64,000 nucleotides of DNA from Macrostomum hystrix (lineage: Eukaryota; Animalia; Platyhelminthes), in NCBI GenBank assembly GCA_950097015.1, contig CATNEN010000038.1, positions 12,152,001-12,216,000 of the forward strand, given 5' to 3'. Position 1 is the stretch's first letter, and every line of letters starts with the position of its first letter. Below are positions 1 to 12,900 of this stretch, in pieces. Under the pieces are notes generated by a model. It made no database searches. It saw only the letters and a list, made by a program, of their open reading frames with translations, and was not told where the DNA came from. A program made the position numbers and the translations under genes.

Positions 1-390
1 ACTGGAGTGACTGAGGTGTCATTGTGAAGTGTTGCACTGGAGTAGCAGGTGTCATTGTGAAGTGTTGCACTGGAGTGACTAAGGTGTCATTGTGAAGTGT
101 TGCACTGGAGTAGCAGGTGTCATTGTGAAGTGTTGCACTGGAGTAGCAGGTGTCATTGTGAAGTGTTGCACTGGAGTAGCAGGTGTCATTGTGAAGTGTT
201 GCACTGGAGTAGCAGGTGTCATTGTGAAGTGTTGCACTGGAGTGGCAGGTGTCATTGTGAAGTGTTGCACTGGAGTGACAGGTGTCATTGTGAAGTGTTG
301 CACTGGAGTGACTGAAGTGTCATTGTGAAGTGTTGCACTGGAGTGACTGAGGTGTTATTGTGAAGTGTTGCACTGGAGTGGCAGGTGTCA
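1..390. repeat. 33-bp minisatellite (GTGTCATTGTGAAGTGTTGCACTGGAGTAGCAG)n in an intron of the AMPK-beta gene
   Basis: About 12 near-identical tandem units are visible; the array ends ~10 nt before the acceptor at 399-400. Confidence 0.95.
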
Positions 391-400
391 CTAGCTATAG

Positions 401-1698
401 GTGGCCCAATTATTCCCATCCGGCAGCAGAGCAGCGAGCAGGAGGAAGATTTTCGAATTCGCACGGGCACAATTAGCGAGCGTCCCGGAGACCACGTGAC
501 TGCGAGCAAGCTGCCAACGGTGTTCAAATGGAGCGGCGGCGGCAAGGAGGTCTATCTTAGCGGCAGCTTCAACGGCTGGCAGGCCAAGATTCCGCTGGTT
601 AAGAGGCGAGCTGCTTTCTCTGCTGTTTTATCGTCCTAAATAACGTTTGTTACTAGGTAGCTTATGTGATCGATGGTGTCCGAATCTCTTTGGAATTTTA
701 GCCAGGACCATTTCTACACGATTGTTGACTTACCCGAAGGCGAGCACGAGTATCAGTTTATTGTTGACGGCAAATGGCAGGTCAACAGCAAGGAGGTGAG
801 GCTTCAGTTTTTGCATTCTTTTTTTCGTCTGAACTACTGTCCCAGATGTCCGGAGTTCGAATCGAAAACAATGGTAACAAATCCCTAGGTTTTGCTTTAA
901 TTGACAGACAGACGAAAACGGTGCTGTTAGTGGGCTAGGTGTAATAGTAAAAACAATGATAATAATTGCAGAAGGTATGTAGGCACTGGCACATTATTTG
1001 GCAATGCTGCTCATTCCGCTGGCTCTTGAGTACACAGTCACACAAGTGTGCCTTGAATTTCTCATCGTCAGGCAGTGTACACTCTCACTGGGCCTTGAAG
1101 GTTGGCCCTAAATTGCACGACTGCTACAGGCCCCTAAGCCTTCTCTTGATGTGGCCCCCGACGTGGAATCGAGCTCAGTGGGTTAAACATTTAAAGGTTT
1201 ATTACCACCCACAATGAACTACCAACCCCATCCGCGCAGCCAACTCGCCAAAGCGGCGGTCGTGGCGGCCCTCTAAACAATGTCCTCGAAGTGAAATCGT
1301 CCGATTTCGAAGTTTTCGAAGCCCTGGCCATGGACATTGCGGAGAGCTCGCAGCAGTCCAAGGAGCACGGCCACTCGGAGGTGTCGGAGCGTCTGCGCCA
1401 CCGGTCTGGCAGTCCGCCCGGACGGTACACCAGCCAGGTGCCGTCCACCAGCGGCTCCTCGCGCCAGCCGAGCGGTCCGAATCGGGCGCCGCCGGTGCTG
1501 CCCCAGCAGCTGCTGCAGGTGATTCTAAATCGGCCAACCGATTCGCGCCTGGATCCCAACCTGCTCCCCGAGCCTGAGCACGTTATGCTCAATCATCTGT
1601 ACGCGCTAAGCATCAAAGATGGCGTTGTCGTCCTGTCTACAATTCATCGCTATCGAAAGAAATTTGTCACCACAGTTATGTACAAGCCGTGCGATTAA
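401..1698 (+). CDS. PRKAB: 5'-AMP-activated protein kinase beta subunit, 3' exons 401-605, 702-795, 1240-1698 (5' end upstream of window)
   Basis: CBM48 motif PTVFKWSGGGKEVYLSGSFNGW..KIPLVK/SQDHFYTIVDLPEGEHEYQFIVDGKW and C-terminal ASC domain DPNLLPEPEHVMLNHLYALSIKDGVVVLSTIHRYRKKFVTTVMYKP; splice phases join in frame. Confidence 0.95.
958..1185 (-). mobile_element. Partial copy of SINE family A in AMPK-beta intron
   Basis: Shares TAATAATTGCAG..., GTCAGGCAGTGTACAC, CCTTGAAGG and GGAATCGAGCTCAG blocks with the copy at 13203-13564. Confidence 0.65.
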
Positions 1699-2009
1699 CT
1701 ATTGTCTTAGTCAGCTGGGCGGTTGTTATTGACATCGGGGCTCTTTTTTCGAAACCATTTTTTTACTTTTGGTTTTTTGTTCGGTCACAATTCAGAATTA
1801 AGTTATTGTCTCATTGTCTGAAATTGTATCATTTCATAGCTTGTGTTTTTATGTAAAACGTTTCCTTTATTATAAAATTAATGGCTTCCCTGCGCCAATG
1901 CAGATCTCCTTGCTGCGTGTCGTCTGAAAAGGTAGTATTGGACTAATCTTTTTATCTGCAGTTCCTTTAGCCTGAACCATTAAAATATATGAGGCTTAGA
2001 AGATGCGGA

Positions 2010-2605
2010 AAATTCTGGACTTGTGTTGGTGTCGGGCAGTTCAATAAATTGGAGTAGGGTTGGTGTCGGGAAAGTTAGAAATCTGGAGAGAAGGTTAGTT
2101 TCGCGCAGATAAGAAATTTAGAGTAGGGTTGGCGTCTGCCGGGTTAGAAATCTGGAGTGGGGTTGGTGTCAGGCAGTTAAGAAATCTGGAGTGGGTTGGG
2201 CGTCGGGCAGATAAGAAATTTAGAGGGGTTGGCGTCTGTTTGGTTAGAATTCTGGAGTGGGGTTGGTGTCATGCAGTTAAATATCTGGAGTGGGGTTGGT
2301 GTCTGTCGGGTTAGAAATCAGAAGTGGGGTGGGTTTCAGTCGGGTTGGAAATCGGGAGTGGGGTGGGTGTCAGTCGGGTTAGAAATCGAGAGTGGGGTGG
2401 GTGTCAGTCGGGTTAGAAATCGAGAGTGGGGTGGGTTTCAGTCGGGTTGGAAATCGGGAGTGGGGTGGGTGTCAGTCGGGTTAGAAATCGAGAGTGGGGT
2501 GGGTGTCAGTCGGGTTAGAAATCGAGAGTGGGGTGGGTGTCAGTCGGGTTAGAAATCGAGAGTGGGGTGGGTGTCAGTCGGGTTAGAAATCTGGAGTGTG
2601 GTCGG
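2010..2605. repeat. ~32-bp minisatellite (GAGTGGGGTGGGTGTCAGTCGGGTTAGAAATC)n; degenerate units recur at ~3570-3660 and 3935-4130
   Basis: Tandem units visible directly. Confidence 0.9.
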
Positions 2606-4517
2606 TGTCTTATTAATAAAAAATCGATTGTGCCCAAAACATTTTCTTTTAATTAGAGCGAGACCGAATATATATTTTCGTCGTTAATTTAAATATTTTT
2701 ATTACCCAGTACTACTCTTTTGTTTATCTGGTGCTGTCTGTCCCGTACCGTGCTTTGTAGTAGTATGTCTGTAATTAAGCTTCTGTAATTATCTGGAACT
2801 CTATTTTAATCATTAAAAATATTCTAAGAATTTGTTATACTAATATTTTATTTTGTTAATTGTTCTCATAGTTACGCAGTTGCGGTTTTTTAAGGTCTTT
2901 CAATAATATTTGACCGAATTTTGAAGATTTTTATAAATAAAAAGCCGCGTGCACACTACACTATATACTACTTTTCTAAAGTAGTTTAAAACCCTTGACG
3001 CTTTTATTGTTCGTCCCCAATAGACCAGCTGTTGTGAAATAGGCACCCAGTAAAGCGCGTTTAAAGCTGTGCTAAAATTAATTAGATGTTAACTAAAGAA
3101 AATTGTGTATGTATATTTATACCAATTCTGTGTCATCCCTGATGTGGTGTATTGTTGAATAAAATAAATACATATTTTCATTGTGTAGCAGACATTTCTT
3201 ATGCGCTTTTTAAACACCTTTATTCAGAGTCGGGCCCTAAGGTCCGCTCCGCAAATCTGAATTTTGATCAAAGTCTTGTAATATAGCCATTTTTTGTTGC
3301 TTTTCTGGTTTTATTTACTTGGTTTGGCTTATAAATTTGTGGGCACTGATATACAGCAAACACTGATACACCGCAATGGTGTCACTAGATCTATTAGGGC
3401 TGTACATCTGTCCTGTCTTTCTGATTGTCCGGCAGTATACACTCTCACCTGTGCCTCGGGACGTTGGCTCTCTAGGGCATGAGTTGCAATTATCCCCCAA
3501 AACCTTTTCTTAACGGCTGTGCCCCTAATGCGGAATCGAACTCATGGACTTGGGTGCGGAAGGAAAACTAAATCGGTGAGTGGGGTGGGTGTTTCTCGGC
3601 CGTAAGAAATTTGCAATGGGGTGGTTTCGGTCGGTTTAAAATCGGGAGTGGGGGGTGTCCTGTGAGTTTGAAACAAGGACCACTAAGAGTAGGACGGGAA
3701 ACTGCGTTTCTTAGAAAAAATAAAAGGCTTGTTTTCGCGAAAAAATTACAATATGGAGATAGGAAATTTTCAGTTTTCAGATTTAAATGGGGACAACATT
3801 TGATTGGATGCAGATACAAAGCTGTTCTTTTGATACAACTGATTTAGCTGAGAAGTTTTTTTTCGAGAAAACCAGCCCTCAAATTTTTTTTAGAACGCAG
3901 TTTCCCATCCTTCTACTCCTAGTGGTCTTTGGTTTAAAATCTGGGGTGGGATGAGTCTCCTGCGAATTTAAAAATCGGTAGTGGGGTGGGTGTCAGTCGC
4001 GTGAGAAATCTGGAGTGGGGTGGGTGTCTGTCTAGTAAGAAATCGTGAGTGGGGTGGGTGTCTGTCGACTAAGAAATCAGGAGTGAGGTGGGTGTCAGGC
4101 TGGTTAGAAATCTAGACTAGTGTTGGTTTTAGTGGGTATTTCAAAAACACGGAGTGAGATGTTCGCTAAAAGAAAGCCTTCAAACTTTGCACAATTTAGC
4201 TCGTAGCCTTCAGGTGTTGTGTTTCAAGTTATTGCTTTATTCAGAAAGATTAAATCTTTTTAATAGATTTTTTATCACAGGAGAAGACTCGTAGAATTGA
4301 ATTTATGCAATCATTTACGCCCATCTGATTAAGCATCAGCGGCAAGCGATGCCACAAATTTTCAAGACTAAAGATTATCAAATCGTGTATTTTTAGCAGA
4401 AGCTGCAGTGTTATGTATTGTGCATTTAGCTCAGTTCGACATAGGTGAGCAGATCAATTCCTGATGGTCGCATCCGTTCCATTCACATTGAATCTGCAAG
4501 GTCTTAAGAATGGAATC

Positions 4518-4808
4518 TTAAGAGTTGCCGCGATTTTCAACTCGTTTTAGTCGAAAAATAGACGAACCGGCGCCATGAGACTGCTGCTGCTGCTGGCGTT
4601 GCTGACCAATCTGCAGATTCTGCAGATCCTGGAGCAGCAGAAGCTGTTCTAGATCAGCGTCGGTTAGTTCGCCACCGCCGGTGAGCAGCTCAGTCAGTCG
4701 CTTCATCGTCAGGATGTCCTCGGCAGCTGCTGGGGCGCAGTGTACGCTTGTGGCCAGCACAATGCAGAGTAGAAGACTGGCATTGATTAGGGATCCAATA
4801 GCTGGCAT
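4518..4808 (-). CDS. Small secreted prohormone/neuropeptide-like precursor (96 aa)
   Basis: MPAIGSLINASLLLCIVLATSVHC signal-peptide-like N-terminus; two KR dibasic sites (TMKR, FRLKR); splice acceptor upstream (TTAACAG at ~4841); GC-rich coding island in AT-rich flanks. Confidence 0.7.
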   Translation of the reverse strand: MPAIGSLINASLLLCIVLATSVHCAPAAAEDILTMKRLTELLTGGGELTDADLEQLLLLQDLQNLQIGQQRQQQQQSHGAGSSIFRLKRVENRGNS

Positions 4809-5330
4809 TGAGCTGATTTTGCAGGATAACAGCGAGCAGCCTGTTAAGTATATATGCAAAAAAGTTAAAACATTTCATATCCAGACGCTCGCCTTTTTTG
4901 CTACCTTTCTGGCCTGATTTATCGATCCGCCAGATTTTATGGAAGCAAACAGTTTTTTAGTGAATTTATTAGTAGTAGGTAGTAGTAGTAGTTATATAAT
5001 AGTAATCACAGGAGGGCTGCGGGCAATAGCACATAATTTGGTGTCACCAGATGCGCGATTCTGCCCATTCTGCCCGTTTCGATGACTCCTGAGCACACGC
5101 GCACATAGATACTGTACGCAGGCTCAGACACAAAAGTGTTTGTTTCCCTTTTTGTAAAAGCAATTTGACTTTATAAGCTTGATTTATCTATACAATATCC
5201 ATAAAACTCCAACTGCTTACCTACCTACCTATACGAACGAAAGTGCGGAAAATTGATTTGTAGTCAAATGGTCGGATCTATAACTATAACTATATGATTC
5301 GACTCACAAAGAATCTAAAAACTCACATTC

Positions 5331-5711
5331 TATTTATAGAAGTAAACGTCACTTACGAAGTATATTAATCGATTGTGTTCTATTTTTAGAAGTAAACGTC
5401 ACTTACGAAGTATATTAATCGATTGTGTTCTATTTTTAGAAGTAAACGTCACTTACGAAGTATATTAATCGATTGTGTTCTATTTTTAGAAGTAAACGTC
5501 ACTTACGAAGTATATTAATCGATTGTGTTCTATTTTTAGAAGTAAACGTCACTTACGAAGTATATTAATCGATTGTGTTCTATTTTTAGAAGTAAACGTC
5601 ACTTCCGAAGTATATTAATCGATCGTGTTCTATTTTTAGAAGTAAACGTCACTTACGAAGTATATTAATCGATTGTGTTCTATTTTTAGAAGTAAACGTC
5701 ACTTACGAAGT
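5331..5711. repeat. 50-bp tandem repeat (TATTTTTAGAAGTAAACGTCACTTACGAAGTATATTAATCGATTGTGTTC), ~7.5 copies
   Basis: Near-perfect units visible. Confidence 0.95.
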
Positions 5712-6399
5712 GACTTCCGACTTTTATCGACTGCTTTTTGTATTTACAATCATGCAACAACTTAAGTGATGTTTGATAGAATTACGTTTTTACGCATTTC
5801 GGGGCAACAAAAATTATTGATTATATTTCACATGCATTTTCACTTCTGATCTCTACTTTATCGACCTTGGCTTTAATAAACAACGTCTTACGATAAGTCA
5901 GTTTTCGAAAGTATATTCCAGAATTTTTTTAACTCGTGCTATTTTCAATGATTCCTGTTGGATCAAAAACTTTTGGAAACACAAAAGCTTTTTTAAGATA
6001 ATTTTTTACTATTCTTGCCAAAAGGAAAGCGTATGCAATGCACAGATTCTACAGTTAAGCGGTCTGTCGTGATTGTTCGTGTCAACAATCGCAATGAATT
6101 TCTGTGCGCCATTTAGACAATGCTTGTTAAAAAAGCTAAGGCTTTTAATGTATCTAAAAATGAACGTTTCTTTTGTTAACAAAGCCTAAAGGTTTTCAAG
6201 TGACTCTCTGTCGGTGAGTTTTTACTCAGATTTTTATCGATTTCTGCTGCTTTCAAAAGGGTTGTGAGCGAGCAAAGCTTGCTGCTTCGTGCATTTTTTA
6301 TTCTTCTATTTCAGTTGCCATTTGAGCAGCCAAAAATAATTTGACAGCGGGCGCCGCCGTGCTTTTTGTGCGTTTTGTGTGGGCGGAATTCTGGACAGG

Positions 6400-7092
6400 A
6401 GAGTGACTGGGTGACTGACTGAGGGTAGAAGTGACTGAGGGAGGGAAGGGGAGTGACTGAGGGAAGTGGAGTGACTGAGGGAAGGAGAGTGACTGAACAG
6501 AGGGAAAGGGAGTGGCTGAGAAAAGGGGAGTGACTTAGGGAAGGCGAGTGACTGAGGGAAATAGAGCGACTGAACTGAATGAAGGGGAGTGACTGGGGAA
6601 GGAGAGTGACTGAGGGAAGGGGCGTGACTGAGGGAAGGCGAGTGACTGAGGGAAATAGAGCGACTGAACTGAATGAAGGGGAGTGACTGGGGAAGGAGAG
6701 TGACTGAGGGAAGGGGCGTGACTGAGGGAAGGCGAGTGACTGAGGGAAATAGAGTGACTGAACTGAATGAAGGGGAGTGACTGGGGAAGGAGAGTGACTG
6801 AGGGAAGGGGCGTGACTGAGGGAAGGGAAGTGACTGAGGAAAGGGAAGTGACTGAGGAAAGGGAAGTGACTGAGGAAAGGGAAGTGACTGAGGAAAGGGA
6901 AGTGACTGAGGAAAGGGAAGTGACTGAGGGAAGGAGAGTGACTGAGGAAAGGGGAGTGACTGAGGAATGGGGAGTGACTGAGGGAAGGGAAGTGACTGAG
7001 GAAAGAGAAGTGACTGAGGAAAGGAGAGTGACTGAGGAAAGGGGAGTGACTGAGGAAAGGGAGTGACTGAGGGTAGGGGAGTGACTGAGGGA
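6400..7092. repeat. Purine-rich ~18-bp minisatellite (GTGACTGAGGAAAGGGAA)n
   Basis: Tandem units; the overlapping ORFs are repeat translations. Confidence 0.9.
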
Positions 7093-7554
7093 CTTGTTTA
7101 AACGTTTGCATTCGCTGCATTGCAAAAGCACAGTCAGAACAAATAGTGGTCTCACCTGAATTTATCGTTAAGATCTGAATACTAAATCAATTAGCGCTTT
7201 GTAAGACTCTTGACTGCTGGCTTGGCCCTGAGATCATTCAGAGATTGAGTCTTTCTGTTCCTAATTACTCAAACTGAGACTGCTCTAACTGATTTGGCCA
7301 CTTTGTTTATCCCCCCTCCAGCAAACACCAACCCCGAAAATGCGTCTTAGCTGAGTCGCAGCATTGGCTCGGATGAATTTCTAGCTAGGATTGGGCCCCG
7401 CCTACGATCAGTTGCTAGGGGGAGGGGGGCGCGTGACAGCCGGGTGTGGCCCGAGGGGATCTGTATGCCGGCTCATCGTTATCCCTATTAGGAAGGACTG
7501 AAAGTATATTTTTGCAGGCGGAGGGGAAGTCGGACACGGAACTAGAAAATAGGA

Positions 7555-8280
7555 GATGAGCGGTGGAGAAGAGACGTGGAGGGGAGACTTGGAGGGAGAG
7601 GCGGAGGGTTGAGGTGGAGGGGAGACTTGGAGGGAGAGGCGGAGGGTTGAGGTGGATGGGAGACTTGGAGGGAGAGGCGGAGGGTTGAGGTGGCGAGGAG
7701 ACTTGGAGGGAGAGGCGGAGCGTTGACGTGGAAGGGAGACTTGAAGGGAGAGGCGGAGGGTTGAGGCGGAGGGGAGACTTGGAGGGAGAGGCGGAGGGTT
7801 GAGGTGGCGAGGAGACTTGGAGGGAGAGGCGGAGGGTTGAGGTGGCGAGGAGACTTGGAGGGAGAGGCGGAGCGTTGACGTGGAAGGGAGACTTGAAGGG
7901 AGAGGCGGAGGGTTGAGGCGGAGGGGAGACTTGGAGGGAGAGGCGGAGCGTTGACGTCGAAGGGAGACTTGGAGGGAGAGGCGGAGGGTTGAGGTGGCGA
8001 GGAGACTTGGAGGGAGAGGCGGAGGGTTGAGGTGTGAGATGAGAGGTGGAGGGAAGAGGTGGAGGGGAGAGGCGGAGTGGAGAGGTGGAGATGAGAGGTA
8101 GAGGGGAGAGTTGGGGGGAGAGGTGGAGAGGAGAGTTGGAGGGGAGAGGTGGAGATGAGAGGTAGAGGGGAGAGTTGGGGGGAGAGGTGGAGAGGAAAGG
8201 CGGAGTGGAGAGGTGGAGATGAGAGGTAGAGGGGAGAGTTGGAGGGAGAGGTGGAGAGGAGAGTTGGAGGGGAGAGGTGA
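7555..8280. repeat. G/A-rich minisatellite (GGAGACTTGGAGGGAGAGGCGGAGGGTTGAGG..)n
   Basis: Tandem units visible. Confidence 0.9.
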
Positions 8281-9539
8281 ACAGGCAAAGAGGTAACCAG
8301 ACCCATGCATATTCCGATATTCACATTTCATTTGTTGAGAAGAGGTAGAGGAAGAGAAGAGAACAGGCTTAGCAGAGGTAGCAAGAGCAAACTAAAAAAC
8401 CGATATGGATAAACTGTTACATATAGGATGACATATGAGACCCTGGAGCAGGTTGCGAAGTGGCGTTGGCAACATGGCTTGTTACAACTGACAAAAATTC
8501 GGTGTGGATCGCATCTGTAACATGGTATGAATCGACAAATGCTGCACCGCGTGATCGATTGAAACTGAAGTGGATTGGCTGGATGGGCCTGTCTGTCAAT
8601 GCTCGAATTGGATAAGTCTATACATTTTAGCAACCTGCTCTGCGAGAGTGCATCTGCTAATTCAATTACTTCTACACTCATTATTCACAGGCTTTGAGGA
8701 ATAATGCCCGTGATCGAGTGGGAAAAACACTTGGATAAGTGAGAGATTGATAGGGGAGAAACGGAGAGGTAAAAAGAGTGGGTGATAGAGATAAATGGAA
8801 ATGGCAAAGGTGGGAAACTGAAAGGGGGAGAAATCGGAAAAAAAGAAATCGATTGGGGAGAAATGAGAAAGTGGATGAATTCAGAAGGGAGAAATGACAA
8901 AGGGGAAAGGGGAGGGGAGAAATCGATAGGGGGAAAATGGGAAGGAAAAAAATCGATAGGGGAAAATGGGAACGGGAGAAATCGATAGGGGAAAATTGAG
9001 AGGGGAGAAATCGATAGGGGAAATAGAGAGCGGAGAAATCGATAGGGGAAATAGGGAGGGGAGAAATCGATAGGGGAATTAGAATAAGAAAATCAAGTTA
9101 AAGGGGCTGAGAGTTCAGATGGAAAATAGTCCAACTGTCTAGAGTAAGAACCGAAAATGGATATTTTTCCTTCATTAGCTATAATAGCTAGAAAATTAAA
9201 TTTTCAAAAATCAATCCAAGATCTACTAAAAATTATCCCATAACTAAATAATCAACATGCATCTGCTCAGACAAAGGGGCTGAGACCATTGAGTTGCATC
9301 TGAGAAGCGGAGATATGATCATAGCTCGTAGATACTCGTATTATTAAATAAAAAAATGTCGACAAAAAAATTGTTTTAACAATTTTAATTGTCATTCTCA
9401 AAATTTATGCTGGTCGATTCAATTACAGCTAGAATTTCAGAATTTCAGAATTTTTAAAAAATTAAAAACACGAAACATAGAATCTCAAGTGAGAGAAAAA
9501 TGTTATAAAATAGTTTATATCCGGCTGGATTTTAAGGGG

Positions 9540-10940
9540 AGAGATGAGACAGGGCAGAGATGAGACACGGGAGAGATAAGACAGGGCAGAGATGAGACCC
9601 AGAGATGAGTCTCTCACCTGTCTCATCTCTCCCCTGTCTCATCTCTACCCTGTCTCATTTCTTCCGTGTCTTATCTCTACAGGAGAAATGAGACACGGGA
9701 GAGATGAGACACGGGAGAGATGAGACACGCGAGAAATGAGACAGGGGAGAGATGAGACAGGGCAGAGATGAGACAGGGTAGAGATGAGACAGGGCAGAGA
9801 TGAGACAGGGCAGAGATGAGACACGGGAGAGATGAGACAGGGCAGAGATGAGACAGGGCAGAGATGAGACACGGGAGAGATGAGACAGGGTAGAGATGAG
9901 ACAGGGCAGAGATGAGACAGGGTAGAGATGAGACACGGGAGAGATGAGACAGGGCAGAGATGAGACAGGGTAGAGATGAGACACGGGAGAGATGAGACAG
10001 GGCAGAGATGAGACAGGGTAGAGATGAGACAGGGCAGAGATGAGACAGGGCAGAGATGAGACACGGGAGAGATGAGACAGGGCAGAGATGAGACAGGGCA
10101 GAGATGAGACACGGGAGAGATGAGACAGGGCAGAGATGAGACAGGGCAGAGATGAGACAGGGCAGAGATGAGACACGGGAGAGATGAGACAGGGCAGAGA
10201 TGAGACAGGGTAGAGATGAGACACGGGAGAGATGAGACAGGGCAGAGATGAGACAGGGTAGAGATGAGACACGGGAGAGATGAGACAGGGCAGAGATGAG
10301 ACAGGGTAGAGATGAGACAGGGCAGAGATGAGACAGGGCAGAGATGAGACACGGGAGAGATGAGACAGGGCAGAGATGAGACAGGGCAGAGATGAGACAC
10401 GGGAGAGATGAGACAGGGTAGAGATGAGACAGGGCAGAGATGAGACAGGGCAGAGATGAGACACGGGAGAGATGAGACAGGGCAGAGATGAGACAGGGTA
10501 GAGATGAGACACGGGAGAGATGAGACAGGGCAGAGATGAGACAGGGTAGAGATGAGACAGGGTAGAGATGAGACAGGGTAGATATGAGACAGGGGAGAAA
10601 TGAGACAGGGCAGAGATGAGACAGGGGAGAGATGAGACAGGTGAGAGACGAGACACGGGAGAGATTAGACACGGGAGAGATGAGACACGGGAGAGATGAG
10701 ACACGGGAGAGATGAGACACAGGAGAGATGAGACAAGGGAGAGATGAGACAGGGTAGGGAACAGGGCAGAGATGAGACAGGGTAGGGAACAGGGGAGAGA
10801 TGAGACAGGGTAGGGAACAGGGGAGAGATGAGACAGGGTAGGGAACAGGGCAGAGATGAGACAGGGCAGAGATGAGACACGGGAGAGATGAGACACGGGA
10901 GAGATGAGACACGGGAGAGATGAGACAGGGGAGAGATGAG
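9540..10940. repeat. 16-bp minisatellite (GAGATGAGACAGGGCA)n with a short inverted segment at ~9610-9680
   Basis: More than 70 tandem units; all three minus-strand frames open, an artefact of the repeat. Confidence 0.95.
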
Positions 10941-11605
10941 GCATTGGTAAAGTGTTGGAGGGTGTCAGAGGGCCTGTGCTCAGCGGCCATATCTGCATGG
11001 CTGTAGGCAGCTCTGAGTAGCACATCTGCCGTAGGGTTAGTGATGTCCTAAACGTCATGAATAATTTCGCAGCAAAGTCCCAATTGCATAAAAAGCGCAG
11101 ACAAAGAGAATTGGGGTTACAGTACTCCCGCAGTGGATTCTGGTCCAAGCTCATCTCTTACCCGGTCGCCTATAGCAACGCGAAGCGTCTTCGGTGAGTG
11201 AGTTCTTTTCACAATACGAATAAGAATTCTTTTGGTAGGGCTTGAAACACGTAAAATGTTCCCACTGTAGTGTTTACAGTATCAGAATTTCACTATTTGA
11301 GGTGTTGTCAAACGTAAGTACACTTGAGGCAATGTTTAGTTAGGTCCGATATTTTTCAAGAGTCGGTCCTCACCTGACAGAGCTCCGCAAAATGTCCTAG
11401 CTGCTAACAGACGAAATCATCAGCAGTGAAAATTCTATAATCCCAATTCTTTGAGAGAGAATTTGTGGGGAATTAGAACTTTTCCTAGAAACTCCCAGTT
11501 GCGTGTGGAATACGGAAGTCGTCTTTTAAGAAGCTGTACAAATTCAAAATCCATCAGATACCGACAGAACAATTAAAAAGTCAGTCCAGCATCATCAACG
11601 CTTCC

Positions 11606-12238
11606 ATGTCAACCGCCGAGCATCTGTTGCGTGCCTGTCGCTCTGGCCGGCTGTCGGCGGTCACTCAGTGCCTCCAGCTCGGCGCCGACGTGAACGCCGC
11701 TTGGACGGGCGACCAGATGGACCGGACGCCTCTGCTGGCCGCCCTGGACTCCGGGCACCTCGAGGTGGCTGAGCACCTGATCGACCGAGGCGCCGATGTC
11801 AATCGGCCGGACAGGCGTGGCACGACGCCGCTGCATGCCGCCGCCCGCGGCAACAGTGTCGCCGGCATTCGGCTGCTGATTAGCCGCGGCGCCGACCGCA
11901 ACGCCCAGGACTCAGCTGGCCGCAGTCCGCTGATGCTGGCGGTGCTGGCCGGAGCTCTGGCGGCTGCCACTGAGCTAACGCAGCGCAGCGGGCCGGGCCT
12001 GATGCTGGAGCTTGTGACTCGGGCCAATTCCACATCCGGCGCTGGCGGAGACACGGCCTTCACCCTGGCGGCTGCCACAGGCAGCGTGGCGATGCTCGGC
12101 CTGCTGGTGCGCGCCGGCGCTGATGTTCGACGAACAAATCTGCGCGGCAAGGACGGGCTGGAGATCGCCAGGGATGTAGGCAATCTGGCAGCCGAACGGT
12201 TTCTGGTGGAGCTCTTCAGCAGAAATCCCTTGACTTGA
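11606..12238 (+). CDS. Intronless ankyrin-repeat protein (210 aa)
   Basis: Ankyrin consensus repeats RTPLLAALDSGHLEVAEHLIDRGADVN, GTTPLHAAARGN, GRSPLMLAV, GDTAFTLAA..GADV. Confidence 0.9.
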   Translation: MSTAEHLLRACRSGRLSAVTQCLQLGADVNAAWTGDQMDRTPLLAALDSGHLEVAEHLIDRGADVNRPDRRGTTPLHAAARGNSVAGIRLLISRGADRNAQDSAGRSPLMLAVLAGALAAATELTQRSGPGLMLELVTRANSTSGAGGDTAFTLAAATGSVAMLGLLVRAGADVRRTNLRGKDGLEIARDVGNLAAERFLVELFSRNPLT

Positions 12239-12344
12239 CTTGATTTGGTGCGCGGGCACCAAAGTATGATTTTTTTACCTGGGTCCCTCTTTGAGGGGAT
12301 AACTCAAACTGAGGATAAAAGTGGGATATAACATTCTTTCCACC

Positions 12345-12900
12345 TGGGGTGATAACACTCTTCCTGAGAGAATAACACTCTTGCTGAGGGGATAACATTC
12401 TTCCTGAGGGGATAACACTCTTCCTGAGAGAATAACACTCTTGCTGAGGGGATAACATTCTTCCTGAGGGGATAACACTCTTGCTGAGGGGATAACAATC
12501 TTCCTGAGGGGACAACACTCTTCCTGAGGGGATAACACTCTTCCTGAGGGGATAAAATTCTTCCTGAGGGGATAACACTCTTGCTGAGGGGATAACATTC
12601 CTCCTGAGGGGATAACATTCTTCCTGAGGGGATAACATTCCTCCTGAGGGGATAACATTCCTCCTGAGGGGATAACATTCCTCCTGAGGGGATAACATTC
12701 CTCCTGAGGGGATAACATTCCTCCTGAGGGGATAACATTCCTCCTGAGGGGATAACATTCTTCCTGAGGGATAACACACTTGCTGAGGGGATAACAATCT
12801 TCCTGAGGGGATAACAATCTTCCTGAGGGGATAACATTCTTCCTGAGGAGATTAAACTTTTGCTGAGGGGAATAAACTCTTCCTGTGGGGATTGCATTCT
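12345..12900. repeat. 20-bp minisatellite (TTCCTGAGGGGATAACATTC)n
   Basis: Tandem units visible. Confidence 0.95.

Noticed and set aside
79-328. Cys/His-rich repeat ORFs
   Set aside because: Translations of the intronic 33-bp minisatellite
5331-5711. CRISPR-like appearance of regular repeats (also 21330-22340)
   Set aside because: No unique spacers, no cas genes, eukaryotic context
6311-8331. Long Ser/Pro-rich ORFs
   Set aside because: Open in several frames only because the G/A-rich repeats lack stops
8580-8681. LRR-like phrase IELADALSQSRLLKCIDLSNSSI on the minus strand
   Set aside because: Single short match; could not build further exons or a gene model
9645-11154. 250-500 aa Cys/Leu/Ser repeat ORFs
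   Set aside because: 16-bp repeat open in all three minus frames; not a credible protein
11122-11430. Possible plus-strand exons YSRSGFWSKLISYPVAYSNAKRLR|APQNV..
   Set aside because: Splice signals are plausible but there is no recognisable product or upstream exon; may be the 5' UTR of the ankyrin gene
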